DNA of 64,000 bases from a virus (taxonomy: Duplodnaviria > Caudoviricetes): the IMG/VR virus record IMGVR_UViG_3300025892_000008; one strand, given 5' to 3'. Below the pieces are notes generated by a model. It ran no database searches. It was given only the letters and a program-made list of their open reading frames with translations, and had not been told where the DNA came from. Below are positions 55,611-63,804 of the stretch, piece after piece. Each line of letters opens with the position of its first letter. Within the stretch, counting starts at the first letter, position 1. The position numbers and the translations under genes were made by a program.

Positions 55611-55652
55611 AAGTATATTTATGTGCGTATATTATAGATAAGTAGTAGTATG
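55608..55652. promoter_or_regulatory. Divergent promoters (TAAATA-N5-ATG on -, TAAGTA-N5-ATG on +)
   Basis: TATTTA at 55616-55621; TAAGTA at 55639-55644. Confidence 0.65.
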
Positions 55653-56504
55653 GTATCAATATCTCACTTAGAATGGCATGTAGCACACGCTTGTAATTTT
55701 ACATGCGAAAACTGCTGTCATTTTTCTAATCATGGACATAGTGTTCCTGTAACATATGAACAAATTGAACAATGGTATGATAGTTGGGCGCATAGAATAG
55801 CACCTAAAACAATAGACATACTAGGAGGCGAGCCATTACTTAACAAACGTATTTGCGATATTGTAGAACTTACACGTAAGAAATGGGATAAGCCTAGTCT
55901 AGAAAGATTAGATATAACAACAAATGGTGTGCTATTGAATAGGTATCCTGATTTACCAAAGGTTCTTGCAGATAATAACTGTGGATTAAAAATATCTAAG
56001 CACGGTACTAATGCTGAATATAATGAACTTTGGAAGGGCATAGAAGCAACTGCACTAGAATGGATTGACCAATACGGAATCAATGTTGACTTTTGGAAGT
56101 CAGATGTTGTTTGGTATAAGATGTATAAAGGATTTGGATCTACAATGGAGCCGTATGAAGATAACGATCCAGAGCAAAGTTGGAACAATTGCATTACAGG
56201 ACAAGACTGTTGGCAAATACATGAGAATAATTTGTACAAGTGTGCTCCATTAGCGTACTTGCCTATGACAGCAAAAACATACAAGTTGTCTAGTAAGTGG
56301 GATCCTTATTTAAAGTACCAAGCACTTACGCCAGATTGTACAGACGAAGAGCTACAAGAATTTTTTAACAGGAAAGCAGAAAGTTTTTGTGCAATGTGTC
56401 CTAAGAACCCTAAAATATTACATAGGAAAAACGATCCTAGATTAAGTAAAAAACATTACGAACAGATACCGTTGGAGGAAGTACATGAAGAACAAATACG
56501 ATAA
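55650..56504 (+). CDS. Radical SAM protein 9
   Basis: CNFTCENC, ILGGEP, TTNG, C-terminal C....C....LYKC...CAMCP. Confidence 0.9.
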   Translation: MVSISHLEWHVAHACNFTCENCCHFSNHGHSVPVTYEQIEQWYDSWAHRIAPKTIDILGGEPLLNKRICDIVELTRKKWDKPSLERLDITTNGVLLNRYPDLPKVLADNNCGLKISKHGTNAEYNELWKGIEATALEWIDQYGINVDFWKSDVVWYKMYKGFGSTMEPYEDNDPEQSWNNCITGQDCWQIHENNLYKCAPLAYLPMTAKTYKLSSKWDPYLKYQALTPDCTDEELQEFFNRKAESFCAMCPKNPKILHRKNDPRLSKKHYEQIPLEEVHEEQIR

Positions 56505-57411
56505 GAAACATTTACCTTTTGGAAATGCATTTGCTATAGCAGATCCATTGGTTACACAATTCTTATCTAATCTTGATATTGACGTAACAAAAGTTACACA
56601 AGACCAAGATGTACTGAAAAAGTTTTTAGATAGATATATTGCGTGGATATCAGAAACAAAAAATAATAATGTTACAGGTTTAGAAAAATATCCATATGCT
56701 TGTTTTGCAAATGGTACGACAGAAGCATTTGAAAAGTTTTATGCAAAACATCATAAACGTAGATTTAGATTTTACAAAGGCGAATATGTATATCATAGAC
56801 TCAATTGTAGAAACAACGGATATGATTGGGAGTGGTTGGATGATGCTCCGCTTGCTGGAAATGATGTTCTAATGATTAGTTTACCTTTTAGTGATACAGG
56901 CAACACACCTAGCAATTTAGATTCTATACTTGACCAGTGTGACAAGTTGAAAATACCTGTGTTACTTGATTGCGCTTATCTTGGTGTATGCAGCGGCATA
57001 GACTTTAATCTTGATAGAAAATGTATTACTGATGTAACATTTAGTCTATCTAAAACACTATACTGCGCTCATGCTAGAATAGGAATGAGATTAACTAAAG
57101 AAGATGATGACGATCCATTGTTTGTTACAAACAAAGCAGGATACATCAATAGAGTGTCTGCATATATAGGATTAAAATTACTAGACAACTTTTCACCAGA
57201 TTACATTTACAACAAGTACAGAGAAAGACAAGAACGTTGTTGTGAAATACTAGATGTAGAACCAAGTAACTGTATTTTATTTGGAATCGGTGACCACCGA
57301 TGGGATGAATATAACAGAGATAGAGAAACAAATAGACTAAGCCTACACAGATATATTTCTAATGATAACCTTGAAGATGAGATAAAAGCAATAGCAGATG
57401 AAAAAAGGTAG
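56485..57411 (+). CDS. PLP-dependent enzyme (fold type I, aminotransferase-like)
   Basis: NGTTEAF, VLLDCAY (pyridine-N Asp), FSLSKT (Schiff-base Lys), RIGMR. Confidence 0.7.
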   Translation: MKNKYDKKHLPFGNAFAIADPLVTQFLSNLDIDVTKVTQDQDVLKKFLDRYIAWISETKNNNVTGLEKYPYACFANGTTEAFEKFYAKHHKRRFRFYKGEYVYHRLNCRNNGYDWEWLDDAPLAGNDVLMISLPFSDTGNTPSNLDSILDQCDKLKIPVLLDCAYLGVCSGIDFNLDRKCITDVTFSLSKTLYCAHARIGMRLTKEDDDDPLFVTNKAGYINRVSAYIGLKLLDNFSPDYIYNKYRERQERCCEILDVEPSNCILFGIGDHRWDEYNRDRETNRLSLHRYISNDNLEDEIKAIADEKR

Positions 57412-58537
57412 AATACTTAATTTCGAAATCCTTTGGGATACTGATGAAGGCCTAGTCTCATTAGCAGAGAAGTATATACCTACGGATATACAAAAGGCTG
57501 CCGATGAAGGGTGTACTCATGTTGTAGGAATAGTTTTAAACGAGGGGATACTACCATTCGATGACAGAAACTTACAGCAATTTTTCTATAATTTACATAA
57601 ACAAACAAATGAGCTCGGTATTGAATTAGTAATACTATCTTCACTAGGAGAACAATTTAAAAATATTACTGTTCCGTTTGAGGTACACTATTTTCCCTAC
57701 CATGCAAGATTTGTTTACAACTGCTATAAGAAGTCAGAACTTCCGTTGTATGATAATAATGACAAGTTTTTGTTTCTCGGTGGTGCAGCAACTAGGTCAA
57801 ACAGAATAGGACTGCTTAGTAAGTTTTATGACGCAGGACTATTAGATAGAGCAGAATGGAGTTTCTTTAAACCAACATATGCTGAGGATGTCAAATGGTG
57901 TAGAGATCATTTAAAAAGATATAGCGATACAGAATACAGCAAGTTTATTGATACAGTTGAAAGAAGCATAGATGATAGGTACGATGAAGTTAAATTATTA
58001 ATTAAAGATGCTCAAGAAACTTACGGAGATTGGCACGATATTGTCAACACAAAGTTTTACAAAAGACCTGGATATCTAACACCTAAGGTATTTGAAGATA
58101 CACACTTTAGTATACTATCAGAAGGTCCTAACTTTTGGTCAGACGACTATGACTTTGTTACAGAGAAAACATGGCGTACAATTATAAACAGGCATCCTTT
58201 TATATTTGCTGGTCCTGTAGAACAGTTTAATTATATAAAGTCCTTAGGCTTCAAAACATTTGAAAACTATCTTCCAATTAAGGATTACGCTTATATTAAA
58301 AATGAAGATGAAAGGCTAGATGCTATTATAGAGAATACAAAATACCTTTTAGATAATCACAGCCAAGGGATTGCTACTGATGTTGAACATAACTATAAGC
58401 AATATATGGAAATAATAAAAGAACAGGATATTCTATTTACTAGTTTAGAAAAAGACATGGCAGTTCCTAGAAGTGAAATAGATTACTATTTAGACAACGA
58501 AGGATTAGATCACCTTATAAGGAAAAAAAATGAATAA
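57398..58537 (+). CDS. Glycosyltransferase-like protein (GT10-type TEK motif), paralog A
   Basis: KFLFLGG...NRIGLL; FSILSEG...FVTEKTWRTIIN.HPFI..G......IKSLGFKTF. Confidence 0.5.
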   Translation: MKKGRILNFEILWDTDEGLVSLAEKYIPTDIQKAADEGCTHVVGIVLNEGILPFDDRNLQQFFYNLHKQTNELGIELVILSSLGEQFKNITVPFEVHYFPYHARFVYNCYKKSELPLYDNNDKFLFLGGAATRSNRIGLLSKFYDAGLLDRAEWSFFKPTYAEDVKWCRDHLKRYSDTEYSKFIDTVERSIDDRYDEVKLLIKDAQETYGDWHDIVNTKFYKRPGYLTPKVFEDTHFSILSEGPNFWSDDYDFVTEKTWRTIINRHPFIFAGPVEQFNYIKSLGFKTFENYLPIKDYAYIKNEDERLDAIIENTKYLLDNHSQGIATDVEHNYKQYMEIIKEQDILFTSLEKDMAVPRSEIDYYLDNEGLDHLIRKKNE

Positions 58538-59699
58538 GGGTAGAGTAATTAACTTTGAATGGATGCGTGATTATAATAAATGGTCAGCAGAAGATTTTAA
58601 CGTGCTTAGAACAAAGTTAATTAGTAAAGAAATTGATCAAGCAGCAGAAGATGGTTGCAATATTATAGTAGGAGTATATCTTCTTGATGGCTTTCTGCAA
58701 CCTAAAGCAAATTTAAAAGACTTTCTTCTCCACATTCATGCTATCAAAGATCATGCAAAAAGCAAAGGTATAGAGCAGATGTATATTGTAAGTGGACAAG
58801 GAGAAACCATAGAAGGATTGCCAGTTCCATTTTTCTTTTTTGATTATAATGTAAGAATGATATACAACAGTTACAAAGACGTGCAGCATCCGTACTATAA
58901 TCCAAACAACAATAAGTTTTTATTTTTAACAGGGATGCCTAATAGAGAAAATAGAATAGGACTTATGAGTAAGTTTTATGATGCAGGTATGTTGGATAAA
59001 GCAGAGTGGACATTCTTTCCTCCTTGGACTGAACTAGATAAAGAATGGTGTAGAAACTGTTTAGCTCATTACACAGACGAACAATATAATAAATTTTTAC
59101 TAGACTGCAAACGTTCTTTTGATGGAAGGTTTGAAACAGCCAAGGACTTTTATGGTTCTTATAATCAAGATACTGATATAGTTTGGCACGATATAGTTGA
59201 TACTGATTGGGTCAAAGCACCTGCACACATTGATACTAGTGTGTTTAATAATACACTGTTTAGTATAGTAAGTGAAGGTCCAAACTACTGGGACGATGAC
59301 AATGCGTTTGCAACAGAAAAGTCTTGGCGTTGCTTTTACCTTAGACATCCATTTATATTTGCAGGACATCCTGATCAGTTCCTATACTTGAAAGACTTAG
59401 GCTACAGAACGTTTGAAGAATACTTGCCTATACCAGACTATTATAAACTACCGAATGAAAATGATAGAAACAACGCAATTGTAGAAAATGCCAAGTATCT
59501 ATTAGAGCATAGAGAACATGACGATGACATACGTTTAGACACTGAAGAAAATTACTTGCAGTTTCTTAAGCATGTTATAACGCAGGATAACTTACTTGCC
59601 AAGTTTAAAGACGAGTTTAATATTCCTAAAGAAGAATTAGATTACTACTTCGAAGGCTTAGGATACACACAACTTATTAGGAGATTACCTAATGACTAA
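58530..59699 (+). CDS. Glycosyltransferase-like protein (GT10-type TEK motif), paralog B
   Basis: KFLFLTG...NRIGLM; FSIVSEG...FATEKSWR.F...HPFI.AG......LKDLGYRTF. Confidence 0.5.
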   Translation: MNKGRVINFEWMRDYNKWSAEDFNVLRTKLISKEIDQAAEDGCNIIVGVYLLDGFLQPKANLKDFLLHIHAIKDHAKSKGIEQMYIVSGQGETIEGLPVPFFFFDYNVRMIYNSYKDVQHPYYNPNNNKFLFLTGMPNRENRIGLMSKFYDAGMLDKAEWTFFPPWTELDKEWCRNCLAHYTDEQYNKFLLDCKRSFDGRFETAKDFYGSYNQDTDIVWHDIVDTDWVKAPAHIDTSVFNNTLFSIVSEGPNYWDDDNAFATEKSWRCFYLRHPFIFAGHPDQFLYLKDLGYRTFEEYLPIPDYYKLPNENDRNNAIVENAKYLLEHREHDDDIRLDTEENYLQFLKHVITQDNLLAKFKDEFNIPKEELDYYFEGLGYTQLIRRLPND

Positions 59700-60597
59700 G
59701 TGTGCAGCATTTTGGAAACATACTAATATACGTGGTGATAACAGAGTATTTCCGTGTTGTAGATACAAAGCACCTGTAACAACATTTAAAGGTAGCCTTG
59801 AAGATGTACTACAATCAGAAGAGTATGTAAAGTTAAGGAACACTGATGTGTCAACTTTATGGGAATGTTCGAAGTGTATGTATGAAGAAAAGAACGGCAA
59901 AGAAAGTTTACGCCAACGCATGAACAAAGAATATGATACTGATACTGTTGGCTTAGAATACTTAGAAATAGGCTTTGATAATATATGTAATCTAACATGT
60001 GATGGCTGTTGGAGCGAGTTTAGTTCAGCATGGGCTAAGAAAGAAACAGGAGTTGCAAAGTATACAAGTGTTGATGAAATAGAAACAGTTCCAGACACTG
60101 TAAAGAAAGTATTGTTTCTCGGTGGTGAGCCTTTAATGACAAAAAGGCATCAACAGTTCCTTGAAAAAATTAATAATCCTAAACAAGTTGAAGTAATATA
60201 TAACACCAACGGAACTTTCCTTTTAAAAGACGATGTTATAGAACTGTTAGAAAAATTTAAAAAGGTACACTTTATATTAAGTATTGATGCTGTTGGTCCG
60301 TTAAATGAAATAGTTCGTAGCGGAAGTAAGTGGCCTGACATACTAAAATTTATAGAACAAATTAAAAAATTAGGTTATGGACTTGAAGTAAACAGTGTGT
60401 TACATTTAAATAATTGGCATGGTATTGTCGATTTAGAAAAGTTTGTTAACGGCATTACTCCTATATGGACCGTAAATGTTTTAACATACCCAAAGCATCT
60501 TGATATTATCAACTATCATGACAAGCAAGAAATAATAGATTTAGTCGAACAAACGAGGATACCAAACAAGAGTTATGTTATCAACCATTTATCATAA
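59692..60597 (+). CDS. Radical SAM protein 10 with N-terminal Twitch/SPASM-like domain
   Basis: KCAAFW...VFPCC...CSKC; CNLTCDGC; FLGGEP; NTNG. Confidence 0.9.
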   Translation: MTKCAAFWKHTNIRGDNRVFPCCRYKAPVTTFKGSLEDVLQSEEYVKLRNTDVSTLWECSKCMYEEKNGKESLRQRMNKEYDTDTVGLEYLEIGFDNICNLTCDGCWSEFSSAWAKKETGVAKYTSVDEIETVPDTVKKVLFLGGEPLMTKRHQQFLEKINNPKQVEVIYNTNGTFLLKDDVIELLEKFKKVHFILSIDAVGPLNEIVRSGSKWPDILKFIEQIKKLGYGLEVNSVLHLNNWHGIVDLEKFVNGITPIWTVNVLTYPKHLDIINYHDKQEIIDLVEQTRIPNKSYVINHLS

Positions 60598-61144
60598 TAT
60601 ACAAAAACAAGCAACAACAGAAGCACAATCTGTTGAAAGGCTAATACCGCATTTTGTTCGTGTAACTGACGTTGACAGTTCTCCAGACCTAACTGACATA
60701 CACCCACGTGACAGAGAAGATATGGATTTGCGTTTTATTACAATTGACGATAGTCTTTTTCCTAATACGCTTAAACTTATTGAACAGGTTCCAGGAATCA
60801 ACAATGCATTAATTATTGGCATAGCACCGCAGTCTCAATTGTACACACATGTAGACACTATTGATTTAGAACCATATGAGGAAATAGACTGGCTAAGTGT
60901 TTACATGGGCATGTTTGTTCCAAGTTTAGATCAGTCTAAGTTAGGAGTAAAAGTTGGTGATAAAATTTTTAATCATAAAAACACAATTATATTTGATACA
61001 CAAATACCTCATAGTGCATGGAATTGGACAGATAATTGGTGGGTATCTGTTAGACTATCAGTTGATAAAACAATGATATCAACTACCGATAAATATACGC
61101 ATATAATAACAAAGGAAAGCAAGCATGAAAGTATCGACCCATAA
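60575..61144 (+). CDS. Fe(II)/2OG oxygenase 10 (Asp/Asn beta-hydroxylase-like)
   Basis: IAPQSQLYTHVD...IFDTQIPHSAWN. Confidence 0.75.
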   Translation: MLSTIYHNIQKQATTEAQSVERLIPHFVRVTDVDSSPDLTDIHPRDREDMDLRFITIDDSLFPNTLKLIEQVPGINNALIIGIAPQSQLYTHVDTIDLEPYEEIDWLSVYMGMFVPSLDQSKLGVKVGDKIFNHKNTIIFDTQIPHSAWNWTDNWWVSVRLSVDKTMISTTDKYTHIITKESKHESIDP

Positions 61145-62177
61145 TCATTGGGATCCGTTAGAAGAAATAGTAGTTGGAATTGCAGACTACGCAAGAGTTC
61201 CTACTGTAGATCGTAGCACAATGAGCATGAGCTACACCAATCACCCAATGGATTTAATCAAGCCTTTAGAAGGCGAGTACCCAAAATGGCTTATTGATGA
61301 AGCCAACGAAGATTTACAAGGGTTGAGCGATGTACTAACCAAAGCAGGTGTAATAGTACATAGACCAAAACCAATTGATCATAGTGTAGAGTTTAGTACT
61401 CCTGAATGGAAAACAACAGGTTGGTACACGTGGTGCCCGAGAGACTTATTGCTACCAATGGACAATCTTGTTATTGAAACTCCGAGTGCTTGCCGAGCAA
61501 GACAATATGAAACTAGAGCATATAGAGAGGTAATGTTTGCAGCATTGGAAGATGGTGTTGAATGGATAGCAGCACCTAAACCTATACTACCTGATGAAGG
61601 ATACCAATTCGATGATATTGAAGGTAAGCCAAGTCTACTAAATTTAGAACCTGTGTTTGATGCACCTAACTGTGTACGCATGGGAAAAGATATATTGTTT
61701 CAAATTAGTAATACTGGAAACCATTGGGGACTTACATGGCTTAAGAATGTTTTGGAGAGAAGGGGATACAGAATACATCCTGCAGAACACATTTACAGTT
61801 ATGGACACTTTGATAGCACAATAGTCCCATTACGTCCTGGATTAGTATTACTAAACAGTTCAAGGGTAACCGCAGAAAACTGTCCTAAAATATTTGAGAA
61901 ATGGGATAAAATTTGGTTTGATGATTGTGTTGCACAAGGAAGTAAAATTCCAGGTGGTGTTGCTCCTTGTAGTCCTTACATTGGAATGAATATTTTAAGT
62001 ATTGATCACAATACTGTTTGTGTAGATGACACACAAGAACCTTTGATGAGAGAATTAGATAAGCACGGTATTACAAGTGTACCTATACGTTTTAGGCACG
62101 CTATGACTCTTAGTGGTGGATTACATTGCGCTACACTTGACCTACGTAGAAAAGGAGAGTTAGAAGATTACACATGA
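61125..62177 (+). CDS. Amidinotransferase (glycine/inosamine-phosphate amidinotransferase, pentein family)
   Basis: HNHWDPLEEIVVG, CPRD, FDA (Asp), HFDST (His), LSGGLHCATLD (Cys) catalytic triad. Confidence 0.9.
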   Translation: MKVSTHNHWDPLEEIVVGIADYARVPTVDRSTMSMSYTNHPMDLIKPLEGEYPKWLIDEANEDLQGLSDVLTKAGVIVHRPKPIDHSVEFSTPEWKTTGWYTWCPRDLLLPMDNLVIETPSACRARQYETRAYREVMFAALEDGVEWIAAPKPILPDEGYQFDDIEGKPSLLNLEPVFDAPNCVRMGKDILFQISNTGNHWGLTWLKNVLERRGYRIHPAEHIYSYGHFDSTIVPLRPGLVLLNSSRVTAENCPKIFEKWDKIWFDDCVAQGSKIPGGVAPCSPYIGMNILSIDHNTVCVDDTQEPLMRELDKHGITSVPIRFRHAMTLSGGLHCATLDLRRKGELEDYT

Positions 62178-62680
62178 TAAAGTTTGAAAAAAATATAGAA
62201 GATTTTTGGTCGCAGGATCTTAAAAACTTTAAGTTTACAGTTTTGTCTCCATTAACACAAGCACAGAGAGATGAATGGTCTCACCCTAATTACACTAATG
62301 AGATAAACTTACTTGAACAAGCATTTGATGATGATCTTCCTGATCACTGGCCTAGGTTCATGTCTGATTTAGAAATAGAACACGGCACAGTTTCGTGGAC
62401 AAATATTGGTGCTGGTAATGTTATACCAACACACACAGATCATTTCTATAAACTAAGGACCAAGTATGGAGTTGAGAAAGATGAGTGTCTGCGATATCTT
62501 ATATTTCTACAGGACTGGGAATTAGGACATATGGTAGAGTTTGAAAATAAAATTCTTAATAGATGGAAAAAAGGAGATGTGTGGAGTTTTGGAATAGATG
62601 ATCCACATTGTGCAGCAAACGCAACACAAACAGATTTTATAACCTGTCAGGTTAACACTTTTAAACGGAAAGAAAAATGA
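62174..62680 (+). CDS. Fe(II)/2OG oxygenase 11
   Basis: GNVIPTHTD...IFLQDW..GH...PHCAAN.....TCQV. Confidence 0.78.
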   Translation: MIKFEKNIEDFWSQDLKNFKFTVLSPLTQAQRDEWSHPNYTNEINLLEQAFDDDLPDHWPRFMSDLEIEHGTVSWTNIGAGNVIPTHTDHFYKLRTKYGVEKDECLRYLIFLQDWELGHMVEFENKILNRWKKGDVWSFGIDDPHCAANATQTDFITCQVNTFKRKEK

Positions 62681-63804
62681 AATTAACACCTACACAAGAG
62701 CATTGGAATAATGCTACACTAAACTATGATCTAGAAAAATTCAACTGGCCTGAATGGGCGTTAAGTGTTGTACAAGAAGTAGCACCACAGGTTAACAAAC
62801 TAGAAACACTACACGAAGTACTATCTCCTAAAGAAATTGTAACTGTTAGTAGGCATGTACAAAATGCATGTAGTCGTAAAGATTTTATGGAACGCTTTGA
62901 TGCTTTTGTTGCTGAATATATTCCGCAGCGTATCGATAATAAAAGATACATGATTCAACGTCAAGGAACGTTACGTGTTGTTATTCCTAATCAAGCAGGT
63001 GTAGGACGAAGACTTGCTTTCCATCAAGGTATTTTTGTAGGGAATGGTAGAGGTTGTAGAACTATATGGACACCGTTTACAGAAGCACATGGTACTAACA
63101 CTATGTGGATGGTAGATGTAGAAAACAGTAGAAGAATTACAAAACAAATTATGTCTGAAAAATGGAGTTTGGAACAGATAGAAGATGAATGTTTAAAACA
63201 TGCTTTTCCTATTACACTAAAGCCAGGGCAAAGCCATTTGTTCTTTCAAGAGATGTTACATGGTAATGTAAACAACGAAGAAGGTTATACACGGGTAAGC
63301 ATGGACATGCGTATCCTTATTGAAGGCGAAGAATACGGTAGAAGACATCCAGGTGGATTTATGCGTTTGCCAGGTGATCACGAAGTTGCTGGAGAATCAG
63401 ACTATACAGGAAAGAGTGCTATAACATATGCAGGCTGGAATAGTAAGTTTTCAAATCAAATTCCGTTACCTATGCAAAGAGCAATCATTGAGCCATACTG
63501 CGTCAAAAACAAAATTGAATATACAAGTTACGAATTTGAAAACGAACACCTAGACTGGATGCCTGGTTTAGAATTTTATATTAATGAACAACCAGATGTT
63601 ATTGTACTATGCAGTATCTATTCAATGACTGATGATGTTGAAAGACGCAAAGAACTTTTTAATCTAGCATTAGAGAAAGGTGTTGAACTACACTTTGCAA
63701 ATGAACTGTGTTCTATAAAGACAGTTAATGATCTTGACAAAATTGAAACTTATCTCAACTTTGCTGTTGCTAAAAAAGATCCTTATGTTTGGGAATTAGT
63801 GTAA
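62677..63804 (+). CDS. Two-domain StrG/PhyH-like Fe(II)/2OG enzyme 12 with HxG motif
   Basis: LAFHQG...TIWTPF...LHGNV.N....TRVSMD.R; separate C-terminal domain of about 130 aa. Confidence 0.7.
   Translation: MKLTPTQEHWNNATLNYDLEKFNWPEWALSVVQEVAPQVNKLETLHEVLSPKEIVTVSRHVQNACSRKDFMERFDAFVAEYIPQRIDNKRYMIQRQGTLRVVIPNQAGVGRRLAFHQGIFVGNGRGCRTIWTPFTEAHGTNTMWMVDVENSRRITKQIMSEKWSLEQIEDECLKHAFPITLKPGQSHLFFQEMLHGNVNNEEGYTRVSMDMRILIEGEEYGRRHPGGFMRLPGDHEVAGESDYTGKSAITYAGWNSKFSNQIPLPMQRAIIEPYCVKNKIEYTSYEFENEHLDWMPGLEFYINEQPDVIVLCSIYSMTDDVERRKELFNLALEKGVELHFANELCSIKTVNDLDKIETYLNFAVAKKDPYVWELV

Noticed and set aside
31726-63804. RiPP cluster with a precursor peptide
   Set aside because: No short ORF with leader/core structure, and no peptidase, RRE/PqqD domain or exporter was found; intergenic space is nearly absent.
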